Shown here one piece after another: positions 34,411 through 44,318 of a DNA stretch of 64,000 nt. Below the pieces are notes generated by a model, which saw only the letters and a program-made list of their open reading frames with translations, was not told the DNA's origin and did no database searches. The stretch lies in the NCBI GenBank assembly GCA_023134715.1, contig JAGLUP010000004.1, forward strand, positions 1,301 through 65,300, written 5' to 3'. The DNA is from Candidatus Parcubacteria bacterium. GTDB taxonomy: Bacteria > Patescibacteriota > Minisyncoccia > Minisyncoccales > JAGLUP01. Within the stretch, counting starts at the first letter, position 1; each line of letters starts with the position of its first letter. The position numbers and the translations under genes were made by a program.

Positions 34411-35343
34411 TTATTTTTGGCTCGGCAAAAACTTTTTTGAGTCTTGAGTCTCGCTTTTTAAATATGCAACAATCTCACCAAAGAGCCCATTTAATGCATT
34501 ATTGAAAGACATAATTTCATTAAACAATGTGCCATAATATCCTTCACTAATTAATGGAAACATCCTGCCCTTTTTATGGCCTTCTGGAGTTCTAAATTTT
34601 TGAGTAAAAAGCTCGTAGTCTTCAACTATGTTCCGTAATTTTTTAACTATTTTTAGTTCAGTTTTTCCGCTATTTTTTAAAAAAACAGACCTTATCCTTT
34701 TAGCTTTTTTAAGTTTTTTGTAATACTCTAAACTGCTATCTATCCTCGCAACTAAAAAGATCAGTTCTTCTATCTTGGCTCCAGTAATAAAAATATTCGA
34801 TAAAATAATTGAGTACTGTTTCAAAGCATGCGCCTTGCCTTGTTCCATGGTGACTAAAATTTGTATGCCGGAAGCAATAAAAATATAAATATCTAACAAA
34901 TATTTTCTTATTTCATTATCCAATTGTTCATTCTCAATGAGATCTCTACACTGGTATGGCTCCAGCATGACAGGATTTCCATCAAAAACGACATCATCAT
35001 ATATCTCCGCCAATTTCTTCCTTGATTTTGGATAAAATCCAAAATTTCGAAGATCAAAGATTATATTATTTGGTTTGAGGGCGAGACAGCTGAGGGATTG
35101 CGTGGATCTATGTTGTTCTCGAATCGTCATAATGTCATTCTTAGCTGCTTCAGCCTTTTTATCATATCGAACACATAAAACTTCTTCCTTGGAATCAGGC
35201 AAAAGCCCTTCATCTATCTTGTCAAAAACAGCAAGTATGTGGCTAAACCCAGACCTAAGTTCATATCCTTTCATTCTGACAAGATAAGTACGGACTGTTG
35301 CAACAGTCCAATGTTTTTTATTAAAAAGTAGGATGGTTTTCAT
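34411..35343 (-). CDS. Hypothetical protein (310 aa), possible C-terminal HEPN-like R-x4-H
   Basis: A long clean ORF in a very AT-rich stretch. It is helical and carries a single RTPEGH motif near the C-terminus. No family recognised. Confidence 0.6.
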   Translation of the reverse strand: MKTILLFNKKHWTVATVRTYLVRMKGYELRSGFSHILAVFDKIDEGLLPDSKEEVLCVRYDKKAEAAKNDIMTIREQHRSTQSLSCLALKPNNIIFDLRNFGFYPKSRKKLAEIYDDVVFDGNPVMLEPYQCRDLIENEQLDNEIRKYLLDIYIFIASGIQILVTMEQGKAHALKQYSIILSNIFITGAKIEELIFLVARIDSSLEYYKKLKKAKRIRSVFLKNSGKTELKIVKKLRNIVEDYELFTQKFRTPEGHKKGRMFPLISEGYYGTLFNEIMSFNNALNGLFGEIVAYLKSETQDSKKFLPSQK

Positions 35344-35538
35344 AACTTTTGTTTAAAAACTTCAGTAAAAAGGTAAAAAGGGGGACGTTTCACTTTTAGT
35401 CAAGGTTTTAGGCGTTTTTAGTTTTTTGCTTCATTTCTCTACTTTTTCTTGAATTTCCAAAAGTTTTATAAATTGCTTACCAGGAATTGAATTGGTAATA
35501 ATTTTGGCATTTTCTGATAAATAATATTTACTGAACAT

Positions 35539-36042
35539 TTATTTATAAACAGCAATTATTTGTCTTACGATTAACTCATTCGGCTTTATATATTCCCCTA
35601 TGAAATCAAACCACACTTTCATAAAATCATCTCTTTCCAGCTTTCTAATTTTTCCTATTTCAGGATCTTGAAGATGGATAAATTTATCATCAAGCCCAGC
35701 GACAACCGAGTAGTGTCCGTCAGCGACATCAGAATCAGAATAATCTTTTCTGCCCCTGGTAAACCAACCTACAATAACAGGAACTTTCCTATCAAGCCAT
35801 TTTTCAATGTCTTTAAAGCTGCTATTATTTTTTATTTTTACCTTGAAACCTAAGCATTTTGCCGCCTTTTTAATCCCCTTATCATCTATTCCTAAATCTT
35901 TATTCCATCCAGTCATTTCGGCTAATTCTTTTTCTGTTTTGTCTATCCCGTAATATTTCAGAACTATTTTCAAAGACGCAGGTCCGCACATTCCCGAATT
36001 AAGAGTTTCTTGAAATGGCTTAATATTTAATATTATTTTCAT
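35539..36042 (-). CDS. Peptidase C39-like (papain-fold) domain protein
   Basis: QETLNSGMCGPASLKIVLKYYG...DGHYSVVAGLDD...LQDP. The start is set at MKIILNIK, which lies 6 nt after a TGGTATAAT box. Confidence 0.6.
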   Translation of the reverse strand: MKIILNIKPFQETLNSGMCGPASLKIVLKYYGIDKTEKELAEMTGWNKDLGIDDKGIKKAAKCLGFKVKIKNNSSFKDIEKWLDRKVPVIVGWFTRGRKDYSDSDVADGHYSVVAGLDDKFIHLQDPEIGKIRKLERDDFMKVWFDFIGEYIKPNELIVRQIIAVYK

Positions 36043-36048
36043 ATTTTT

Positions 36049-36057
36049 ATTATACCA
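36049..36057 (-). promoter_or_regulatory. Extended -10 TGGTATAAT, 6 nt from the ATG (leaderless type)
   Basis: Minus strand: hairpin AAAATCGCCTTTTTGGCGATTTT, then TTGGTATAAT-AAAAAT-ATG. Confidence 0.5.
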
Positions 36058-36209
36058 AAAAATCGCCAAAAAGGCGATTTTCCTACAAGCTCCGGATAAG
36101 AAACCGCATCAAACTTAATGCTAGAGGCTATAAAAAATTAATTAAAAAACAAAAAATAATCTAGTAAACTAAATTTCTAGAATTCAATAAAGATGCCCCT
36201 TATATTCTT

Positions 36210-36272
36210 TTACATATCGCTACCACAAGAATTTTCTATAAATTCTTCGAAAGTAACATTTTCTGTCTCCAT
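36210..36272 (-). CDS. Candidate 20-aa peptide METENVTFEEFIENSCGSDM
   Basis: It is not in the ORF track because it is too short. It starts 14 nt after the radical SAM stop, on the same strand and before the unit's terminator. An ORF this short could be chance. Confidence 0.25.
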   Translation of the reverse strand: METENVTFEEFIENSCGSDM

Positions 36273-36286
36273 GGTTTAAAGTTGTT

Positions 36287-37306
36287 TTATTTTTTATTCG
36301 ACTTTTTATTATTATAAAAACATAATGGGTCAGATGTCAAGGGGTCGCCAGTTTCTATATATGCTGCGGCACGACAACCCCCACAAGACAAAATTCTGTC
36401 ACATCTTCCACATTTTCCCTTTAATTCTCTATTTCTTAACTGTTTTAAAATTTTTGTATTATTCCAAATTTTTTTTAAAGAAATTTTCTTAATATTCCCC
36501 AATAATAATTTTAATTTTGTGCATATATAAACATTTCCATTAAAATCGACTGACAAAGAGTTAACTCCAGCCAAACAACCACTGTAAGTGTCTATTCTTT
36601 TATAAGATGAAGCTGGGAAAGGATCATTAAAAGAAATCTTTTGCTGTATTTTTAATTTATTAACATTGTTTACTAATTTTCTATAATTAAATTGTGATAA
36701 TATTAAGCTCTGGTCAGATTCCTTTCTTACCGGTATATAGCGCTTAATTGTCAGAAAAACTCCAATATCTTTTGCTATTTTTGCCACAGCAAAAAGTTCA
36801 TTTAAATTATGCGCATGCGCGGTAAATGCTATCGAAGTATTGAAATGTTTTTTAATCTTCTTGGTTGCTTCTAATGATTTATTAAAGGCGCCATTTGACC
36901 CTCTGATTTCATCGTGTTTTTTGGCGGATCCAGCATCTAAACTAATATTAACTTTATCGATTAAACCTTTAAATTTTTCGATAAAAACGCTGTCAATTAA
37001 TGTTCCATTTGTGGCAAGAAAAACTAATAATTTCTTTTTTTTAGCAAAATTTACTAGTTCTAAAAGATCTGTACGCACAAGAGGCTCTCCTCCCGTAAAT
37101 AAAATAGCTCTTAAGCCCAAAGGAATAGCATCTTCTATTATATCTTTTCCCTCTTGAGTAGACATTTCATCTAAAATGCTTTCTTCTGAAAAAACTTTAT
37201 TATAGCAATGTCTGCATTTCAAATTACACCTGCAAGTAATATTCCAAGTCAGATAATAGAGAGGGAAAATCATTCGTTTATTTTTTGATATATTTTTGAT
37301 TGCCAA
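36287..37306 (-). CDS. Radical SAM enzyme with C-terminal SPASM domain
   Basis: CNLKCRHCY (CxxxCxxC), GGEPL, and a C-terminal CGRCDRILSCGGCRAAAYIETGDPLTSDPLC. Confidence 0.85.
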   Translation of the reverse strand: MAIKNISKNKRMIFPLYYLTWNITCRCNLKCRHCYNKVFSEESILDEMSTQEGKDIIEDAIPLGLRAILFTGGEPLVRTDLLELVNFAKKKKLLVFLATNGTLIDSVFIEKFKGLIDKVNISLDAGSAKKHDEIRGSNGAFNKSLEATKKIKKHFNTSIAFTAHAHNLNELFAVAKIAKDIGVFLTIKRYIPVRKESDQSLILSQFNYRKLVNNVNKLKIQQKISFNDPFPASSYKRIDTYSGCLAGVNSLSVDFNGNVYICTKLKLLLGNIKKISLKKIWNNTKILKQLRNRELKGKCGRCDRILSCGGCRAAAYIETGDPLTSDPLCFYNNKKSNKK

Positions 37307-38582
37307 GATATGGCCTCAATACTTCGGGAATTAAAATAGAACCATCTTTTTGCTGATTGCATTCTAGAAGCGCTATTAAAATTCGAGGAGAGGCAATTAC
37401 TGTATTATTTAAAGTATGAACATAGCGCTTATTTTTTTCTTTCGTTCTGTATCTAATATTTAATCTTCTAGATTGCCATGTAGTAAGGTTTGAATCAGAA
37501 TGGGTTTCGCCAAAAGCATTTCTTGATGGCATCCAAGTCTCAATGTCATACATTTTATGTTTTCCAATACCCATATCGCCAGTACATATTTGTATAACTC
37601 TATGAGGCAATTTTAAATCTTTTAAAATTTCTTGAGATATTTGCTTCATCTCCTCTAGCCACTTATTCGATTCTTCTATATCATCCCTGCAAATAACAAC
37701 TTGCTCAACTTTCATAAATTCGTGAAGACGATATAACCCATGAGTATCTTTCCCATAACTTCCCGCTTCGGATCTGTAACATTGAGATATTCCGCAAATT
37801 TTAATTGGCAAATCTTTTTCATCTAATGTTTCATCGGCATAATAACTAATTAATGATGGCTCTGCCGTACCCGCTAAAAACATGGGTTCTTTAGTAGCTT
37901 TTTTATTTTCAAGTCTACCAAAATTCGCGATTTGATAAACCTCTTCACGCGCTGTCGGAAAATGACCACTGCCAATTAAAGAAAATTCGCGAATAATCGT
38001 AGGAGGAACAAATAACTTAAATCCTTTTTGTTCCATTTTCTTTATTGAAAGCCACATTAAAGAGAAATGGAGTAAAGCAGCTTCATTTTTTAAAAAATAT
38101 CCTCTAAATCCTGATATTTTTACTCCTGCCTTAGTATCAATTAAATCTAATTCTTTGCCTAATTCTATATGATTTTTAATTAAAAAATCAAATTTTGGCA
38201 CCTCTCCCCATCTTTCTATTTCTTTATTAAATTTTTCACTTGCCCCAACTGGAGAATCTTCCGAAGGAATATTTGGGACTAGAAGCATAATAATTTCAAA
38301 TTCTTTATCTATTTCTTTAAATTCTTTTTCAATCTTGTCTATCTTTTTATTTAATTTTTGCATTTCTAGAATAATATCTTTTTTTTCTTCAAAATTTTTT
38401 GATTTTTTGATTTTTTGATTTGCTTTATTCTTTTGCGCTCTCATATCTTCAACTGTCCGAAGTAATTCTCGCCTTAATTCATCTATCTCTAATAATCTGT
38501 CAATATCAACTCTAGCTTGTTTTTTTTGACAAGCATCTTTTATAATATCAGGGTTGGTGCGAATGAAATTAATATCTATCAT
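37278..38582 (-). CDS. serS: Serine--tRNA ligase
   Basis: MIDINFIRTNPD..., class II motifs (YRSEAGSYGKDTHGLYRLHEF), and TVIASPRILIALLE. Confidence 0.95.
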   Translation of the reverse strand: MIDINFIRTNPDIIKDACQKKQARVDIDRLLEIDELRRELLRTVEDMRAQKNKANQKIKKSKNFEEKKDIILEMQKLNKKIDKIEKEFKEIDKEFEIIMLLVPNIPSEDSPVGASEKFNKEIERWGEVPKFDFLIKNHIELGKELDLIDTKAGVKISGFRGYFLKNEAALLHFSLMWLSIKKMEQKGFKLFVPPTIIREFSLIGSGHFPTAREEVYQIANFGRLENKKATKEPMFLAGTAEPSLISYYADETLDEKDLPIKICGISQCYRSEAGSYGKDTHGLYRLHEFMKVEQVVICRDDIEESNKWLEEMKQISQEILKDLKLPHRVIQICTGDMGIGKHKMYDIETWMPSRNAFGETHSDSNLTTWQSRRLNIRYRTKEKNKRYVHTLNNTVIASPRILIALLECNQQKDGSILIPEVLRPYLGNQKYIKK

Positions 38583-38637
38583 ACTTCTTTAATTAATTCA
38601 AAACTCTTAGAGCAATTAATTTATCTCTTTATTATAG

Positions 38638-38709
38638 CTCCGCGGGTAGGATTCGAACCTACAACCTAATGCTTAACAGGCATTCGCGCTACCATTGCGC
38701 CACCGCGGA
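38638..38709 (-). tRNA. tRNA-Asn (GTT)
   Basis: Cloverleaf: acceptor TCCGCGG/CCGCGGA, anticodon arm AATGC-CTGTTAA-GCATT, T arm GTAGG-TTCGAAT-CCTAC. Confidence 0.9.
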
Positions 38710-38757
38710 ATGTGAAATCTATATATTAGTATAAACGAAAAATAAAATTTTTCAAGG

Positions 38758-39996
38758 TTAGTAGCCGCGAAGTTTTTTTAGTTTTTCGTGTTCTCTGATT
38801 TTTTGAAGGGACTTGGCTTCAATTTGCCGAATTCTTTCTCTGGTAACGCTAAATACCACTCCCACTTCTTCCAAAGTATGAGTAATATCATCCTTTAAGC
38901 CAAACCTCATTGACAAAATCTTTTGCTCACGCGGACTTAAATCAGATAAAATCTCATTCAATCGCTCTCTTAAAAGCTTTCGCGCCGCGCCCAAATAAGG
39001 CGGAGCTGTTTTTTCATCTTTAATAAACTCTGCCAAAACATTATCTTCTTCTTTTTCTCCAACCGGTGTTTCTAAAGAAATTACTTCTTGAGAAATTTTC
39101 ATTATGTGGCGAACTTTGGGAATACTAAGTTCCATCTCAGCCGCGACTTCTTCTGGCAAGGGTTCCCTGCCCAAGCTCTGCAAAAGCTGCTGCCTAACTC
39201 TGGTATATTTAGAAATTGTTTCCACCATGTGAACTGGAATCCGCACAGTTCGAGCGTGGTCGGCTAAAGCTCTGGTAATTGCCTGCCTTATCCACCAAGT
39301 AGCGTAAGTAGAAAACTTATATCCCCTTCTCCAGTCAAATTTTTCTACTGCCCGAAAAAGCCCTAAATTTCCTTCTTGGATTAAATCAAGCATGGTTAAA
39401 TTTGGCGACCGTCCGACATATTTCTTAGCGATAGAGACAACTAATTTCAAATTCCGCCAAATCATTTTTCTTCTTGCTTCATCGTCTCCCTTTTCAATTC
39501 TTTTAGCTAATTCTTTTTCCTCTTTAGCAGTCAAAGATTGCGATCTGCCAATTTCTTTTAAATAAATTTGAATTGGATCTATTTTTGCCCGGCCTATTGT
39601 TTTAACCGGCTTTTCTGAATCTTTTTTTATTTCTAAAAATTCTTTTCTGTCTTTTATTTCAATTCTTTCCTGCTCTAATTTATAATAAAGATCTTCTAAA
39701 TTTTCAATATTTTGTTCTATATTCGGAAAAAAGTTTAAAATTTCGGCAAGAATAACAAAACCCCGCTGCCTTCCCCTTTTAATTAAAGAAGCGACTTTTC
39801 CTGCGTCTAATTCCCGACGGCCTATTCGCTTTTTAGGTTCTGCTTTTTTAAAAACCTTCTTTTTTATTCTTTTCTTTATTGTTTTTTTCTCTACTTTTTT
39901 CTTGGTCGGTTTTAAAATCTTTTTCTTTTTTTGAAGTTTTCTTGCCCGCCTGATTGTCCGAAGGACTTTCGGCGGGTTGATTTTTTTCTTAATCAT
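38758..39996 (-). CDS. rpoD: Primary sigma factor RpoD with Lys-rich N-terminal extension
   Basis: [13 protein letters not shown], region 4 [24 protein letters not shown]. Confidence 0.9.
   Translation of the reverse strand: MIKKKINPPKVLRTIRRARKLQKKKKILKPTKKKVEKKTIKKRIKKKVFKKAEPKKRIGRRELDAGKVASLIKRGRQRGFVILAEILNFFPNIEQNIENLEDLYYKLEQERIEIKDRKEFLEIKKDSEKPVKTIGRAKIDPIQIYLKEIGRSQSLTAKEEKELAKRIEKGDDEARRKMIWRNLKLVVSIAKKYVGRSPNLTMLDLIQEGNLGLFRAVEKFDWRRGYKFSTYATWWIRQAITRALADHARTVRIPVHMVETISKYTRVRQQLLQSLGREPLPEEVAAEMELSIPKVRHIMKISQEVISLETPVGEKEEDNVLAEFIKDEKTAPPYLGAARKLLRERLNEILSDLSPREQKILSMRFGLKDDITHTLEEVGVVFSVTRERIRQIEAKSLQKIREHEKLKKLRGY
39945..39976 (+). repeat. GC-rich palindromic element, copy 5 (inside rpoD, different frame)
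   Basis: CCCGCCTGATTGTCCGAAGGACTTTCGGCGGG, read here as [11 protein letters not shown]. Confidence 0.85.
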
Positions 39997-41741
39997 ATTA
40001 ATTCTTGTGTTAATTTATTAAACTCTTGAGTCAGGGTCTCAACCTGCTCTTTATTATTTTCTTGCTCAGCTTTTTTTATAGCCAAAGAAATTTGATCTAA
40101 TCTTTTCTTTACTTCTAAATTTTGAATTTCTCTCAAGCAAATTTGTATTTCTTTTTTTGGTTCTTCTTCCTGCTCCAACTCTGCCATTAAACAAAGCTCG
40201 TTTAAAAAATCAGTCAAATGAGAAGGAAATTTTTCAAGCAGGGCTTTATCCTGAAAATTAAAATTTGGAATCTGTTTCAGAATAGATAATATCTCTTTTG
40301 TTTGTGAAGAAAAAAAAGATAAAAACTTTTCCTCAATAAGAGATAAATCCTGCGGTCTTTTTAAAATTAAAGAAATAATTTTTTCTTCCAAAATCTCTTT
40401 CCTGGTTTTACTTGGTTTGCCCTGAACCTCCCGATTTATCGGGATGGTTTGCGGCTTGTCCTCTTGAATTTTCTTCATTTCAATATCTATATCTTCTTCT
40501 TTTACTCCTAATTTTCCGGCTAATTCTTGAATCCAATGGGATTGCTCAATCCGATTAGGAATTCTTTTGATAATCGGCAAAAGAATATTGGAAATTCCTT
40601 TTTTTCCTTCCGGCGTCTGGCAGTCAAATTTAGAAAAAGTGGTTTTAAAATAAAAATCTAAAATAGACAAAGCTTTTTTAATAAGTCCCTCCCATTCTTT
40701 AGGATTTTGAGAAACAACATCTGCTGGATCTTTTCCTTCAGGCATTATCGCTACCTTTATATTAAACCCCTGCGCTTGAGCTAAGTCAATACCTCTCTTT
40801 GTCGCCGAATCGCCGGCAGTATCCATATCAAAAGCAGTAATTAAATTATTAGAATATCTTTTCAAAAGACCTAATTGATATAAAGTAAGGGCTGTGCCTG
40901 ATGTGGCAGCTACATTTTTAAGCCCTGCCTGACAGGATAAAATAACATCTGTCTGGCCCTCAACTAAAATACAAGCGTCTTTTTTCCTTATTTCCATTTT
41001 TGCTTTGTCTAATCCGTATAAAATTCGGCTCTTATCATAAAGCAATGTGCTGGGAGTATTCACATATTTTCCTTGCCCATCTCCCTCCTTGCCAAATGTC
41101 CTGCCGGTAAATCCAACCACCTGACCGCTTAAATCAAAAATAGGAAACATTATTCTTGCCCTAAACCTATCATACCATTTTACAGCGTCTTTTTTTATCG
41201 CTAATCCAGATTTTTCAATCTCTTGTCTTTTATATCCTTTGCCTACTAAAAAATCAGAAAGGCCCTGCCATGTTTCTGGCGCGTAGCCAATCCGCCAGGT
41301 CTCAATGCTTTTTTCGCTTATTCCTCTATTTAAAAGATATTCTTTCGCTTTTTTTCCAACCTGCCCCGCTTCCAATTGTTTCTCAAAAAAACTACAGCTC
41401 ATATCGCAAATTTCATAAAGCCGCTGACGCTCTGTTACTAATTTTGGGTCTATTTTCTTCAGCTGAATCCCGGCTTTTTGAGCTAAAATGCGCAAAGCAT
41501 CGCCAAACTCTACTCCCTCAATTTTCATTACAAATTTAAAAATGTCGCCTCCTTCGGAACATGACCCAAAACAATGCCAAAGCTGGCGGGACGGAGAAAC
41601 AAAAAAAGAAGGATTTTTTTCTGAATGAAAAGGACAAGGCGCCCGAAAATTAATCCCGGCTTTTTCCAATTTAATATAGCCGCCAATTACCTCAACTATA
41701 TCCAGCTTATTTTTAATTTCTTCAATCGGCGAATTAATCAT
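39993..41741 (-). CDS. dnaG: DNA primase
   Basis: Zinc finger [11 protein letters not shown] and TOPRIM EGQTDV...DMDTAGD. Confidence 0.9.
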   Translation of the reverse strand: MINSPIEEIKNKLDIVEVIGGYIKLEKAGINFRAPCPFHSEKNPSFFVSPSRQLWHCFGSCSEGGDIFKFVMKIEGVEFGDALRILAQKAGIQLKKIDPKLVTERQRLYEICDMSCSFFEKQLEAGQVGKKAKEYLLNRGISEKSIETWRIGYAPETWQGLSDFLVGKGYKRQEIEKSGLAIKKDAVKWYDRFRARIMFPIFDLSGQVVGFTGRTFGKEGDGQGKYVNTPSTLLYDKSRILYGLDKAKMEIRKKDACILVEGQTDVILSCQAGLKNVAATSGTALTLYQLGLLKRYSNNLITAFDMDTAGDSATKRGIDLAQAQGFNIKVAIMPEGKDPADVVSQNPKEWEGLIKKALSILDFYFKTTFSKFDCQTPEGKKGISNILLPIIKRIPNRIEQSHWIQELAGKLGVKEEDIDIEMKKIQEDKPQTIPINREVQGKPSKTRKEILEEKIISLILKRPQDLSLIEEKFLSFFSSQTKEILSILKQIPNFNFQDKALLEKFPSHLTDFLNELCLMAELEQEEEPKKEIQICLREIQNLEVKKRLDQISLAIKKAEQENNKEQVETLTQEFNKLTQELI

Positions 41742-42301
41742 TATTTTTGATTTCTGGAAAAATTAGAAATAATTTTTATCTGGCCGTTGGGGACATAATG
41801 TTCTACTCCTTCTAAATCTTTAATAGTTGTCTTTCTTAAGTTTAAATTTTTTACCTCTCCATTAATCCCTGCTATTTTCACTTTTTCCCCTACTCTATAC
41901 TGATCCTCAATTATAATAAAAAGCCCGGACAGATAATCCTGAATAAGACCTTTTGCTCCCATGCCAAAGGCAAGGCCCATTACTCCAATACCTGCGAGAA
42001 GCGGCGCAATATTAATCCCAAGCTCAGGCAAAATCATCAAACCCGCAGCCAACCAAATCACAACTTTTAGAGCAGAACTAAAAACATTTTCTAAGGTCTT
42101 TTGTCTTTCTTCTTGAATCTTATTTTCGTTTTTCCCCGCCCTTATTAAATAACTTTTTTTAATAAAACCCTTAATTACTTTTAAAATAAAAATTCTTCCA
42201 TAGCGAATAGCTAAGTTTGCGGCAAATAAAATTAAGACAATCTTAATGCCTGAAGAAAAAAACCAGAGAATCAAATTTTGAAAAAAATTTTCTAAAATCA
42301 T
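41741..42301 (-). CDS. Small MscS-family mechanosensitive channel protein
   Basis: LIQDYLSGLFIIIEDQYRVGEKVKI...G.V..L.LR.T. Confidence 0.75.
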   Translation of the reverse strand: MILENFFQNLILWFFSSGIKIVLILFAANLAIRYGRIFILKVIKGFIKKSYLIRAGKNENKIQEERQKTLENVFSSALKVVIWLAAGLMILPELGINIAPLLAGIGVMGLAFGMGAKGLIQDYLSGLFIIIEDQYRVGEKVKIAGINGEVKNLNLRKTTIKDLEGVEHYVPNGQIKIISNFSRNQK

Positions 42302-42339
42302 ATATTTAAAGTTAAAACTAATAATTAAATTTAATTTAT

Positions 42340-42837
42340 TTAATTTTTTGAGTATTCTATTTGGTCGGGACTGGCTCCTTTCAAAATTTGGTCCACCATT
42401 TCAACTTCTTCCAATAATCCTTCTACCAAATCATAATTTTTCGCCTCTTCATAACTCACCCACTTATAATCAATATTCTCTTCATTTAATTTTACTTCTC
42501 CGGATTTATAATCACAATAATAACTTAAAATTATACACGGAATTCCGCTTGGCAGAATAAAAACCATATCTACAAGATATTTTAGTTTTCCAACTTCCAA
42601 ATTTACCTCTTCTCTTATCTCCCTTCTCAAAGATTTTTCTATGACAAAATACCAAATATCAGAAGTGGTTTTAGGTAAATTAATATAATCATCTACTTCC
42701 AGTCCTCCGCCCGGCACTGCCCATTTTCCAGGAAAAGCTTTTTTATCCAAAGCCCGACGGGCAATTAAATACTTGCCATCTTTATGAATAATAGCCGTAG
42801 AAGTAATCCGATGCAATTCTCTATTTTGAATTTCCAT
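42340..42837 (-). CDS. NUDIX hydrolase
   Basis: The Nudix box is ...GGGLE...SLRREIREEVNLEV. Confidence 0.7.
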   Translation of the reverse strand: MEIQNRELHRITSTAIIHKDGKYLIARRALDKKAFPGKWAVPGGGLEVDDYINLPKTTSDIWYFVIEKSLRREIREEVNLEVGKLKYLVDMVFILPSGIPCIILSYYCDYKSGEVKLNEENIDYKWVSYEEAKNYDLVEGLLEEVEMVDQILKGASPDQIEYSKN

Positions 42838-42879
42838 AAACAAAATTTTAAACTTTCTAAATTTACCCTGCCATACTAT

Positions 42880-43550
42880 TTACAGCTCGCCTTTGATTTC
42901 TTTTTCTAATCTATCTAAAAAACTTTTGTAAAATTTCATTCTTTCTTTGCAAATCTTCTTTGCTTGTTTTGTGTGCAATTTATCTATCAAAAATTTCAAT
43001 TTAGTTTCAAATTCTACTTGTGGACTATGTTTAGTTGTATCCTGTATTCGGCCATTAATTTTCCCGCCAAGATTATCTTTAATATATTCATCAATATCAA
43101 CATCAGTATATATTTTAGCGTTGTTTTTACTAATCCACAGAAACGCGCGAGCAACTCCAATCGCGCCCAAAGTGTCTAACTTGTCCGCGTCAAATAAAAT
43201 TTGGCCTCTATAGTTTTTGCTTTATTCCCTGTTCTATATCTATGAGAAATAATACAATCTTGAATATGTTTTATTTTATCATCTGAAAAACCTAATTTCT
43301 GTAAAATTGGAACCGCCATTTCTGAACCAACTATTGCATGATCTGTATTTCCAGTGGGATCATTGTCTTCTTTAACTCTCGCAATATCGTGCAATAAGGC
43401 AGACGCTTGAAGAACGTCTAAATCAACATTTTCATTTTCAGCAAGACGCAGGCATAGATTATAGACTCTCATAATATGATCCATGCTGTGAGCAGAACAA
43501 GAAAGCTCTTTCTCAACCACCTCTTTTATTTTTTGAAATTTTTCATCCAT
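42880..43550 (-). pseudogene. HD-domain phosphohydrolase interrupted by a -1 frameshift
   Basis: ORF 43176-43550 (SALLHDIAR, HD motif) ends as ...IEAKFYLTRTS*. Shifting one base at GCCAAATTTTATTTGAC (~43185) restores (A)K-ILFDADKLDTLGAIGVARAF, which joins ORF 42880-43170. Confidence 0.7.
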
Positions 43551-43650
43551 TTTTTATTTATTTATCTTTAATATCAAAATTTAAGCTCGCAAATCACCTG
43601 TTTTTCTGACGAAACGACAAAGCTGTACATTTTTTAAGGACTATCAAAAA

Positions 43651-44001
43651 TTACCTCCCGCATTCACTTTCACATCGATGAATTTCGACAACATCGTTTT
43701 TGTAATCTTCTAAACATTTTTCAACACAAAATTTACATTCTTCAAATTCTACCTTCTTAACTAATTGACACCTTCCCTCAATAATCTCACAACTAACATA
43801 TTGGCGACAGCGGTCGCCAAGCATGTACATCATTGTACATTGTTTCGGAACATTGGGTCCGCAGGTAATATCAAGGCCATGACAATTTTCTATCCCGCAT
43901 TTATGCAGAGATGAACTACGAAATGAAAATATAATAACAGCCAGGACAATTAATAATACAGTAGCTGAAATTCCATAAAATAACTTTTTGCTTTTTGTCA
44001 T
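43651..44001 (-). CDS. Membrane-anchored cysteine-rich small protein
   Basis: An N-terminal TM helix and 12 Cys in about 85 aa. Confidence 0.5.
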   Translation of the reverse strand: MTKSKKLFYGISATVLLIVLAVIIFSFRSSSLHKCGIENCHGLDITCGPNVPKQCTMMYMLGDRCRQYVSCEIIEGRCQLVKKVEFEECKFCVEKCLEDYKNDVVEIHRCESECGR

Positions 44002-44216
44002 AAATTTTATTTATACTATTTTAATAATTTTTTATCTTGTGGTTTTTCTAAATAATTTCTCTTTGATGAAACTGACTTGCCGCTCTTTTTTTCTAAATCT
44101 CTTCTAATTTCAGTTGTCGGCAAAATGTCGATAATTCAATTTTCAAATATAACTTTTGTAATTTGTGTGAGTAATTTGTAATTTGGGATAAATTTTTACT
44201 AACGCAAAAATTTATG

Positions 44217-44301
44217 CGGAGAGGGAGGGATTCGAACCCTCGATACCTTGCGGTATACCGCCTTTCCAAGACGGGGCACTCGGCCACTATGCGACCTCTC
44301 C
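44217..44301 (-). tRNA. tRNA-Ser (GGA)
   Basis: A type II tRNA: acceptor GGAGAGG/CCTCTCC, anticodon arm CCGTC-TTGGAAA-GGCGG, a long variable arm, and T arm GAGGG-TTCGAAT-CCCTC. Confidence 0.9.
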
Positions 44302-44318
44302 AAAATATTGTTCACAAT

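Noticed and set aside
44093-44287. A 64-aa minus-strand ORF.
   Set aside because: It overlaps tRNA-Ser(GGA) and is a tRNA translation artefact (RGFESLPLR).
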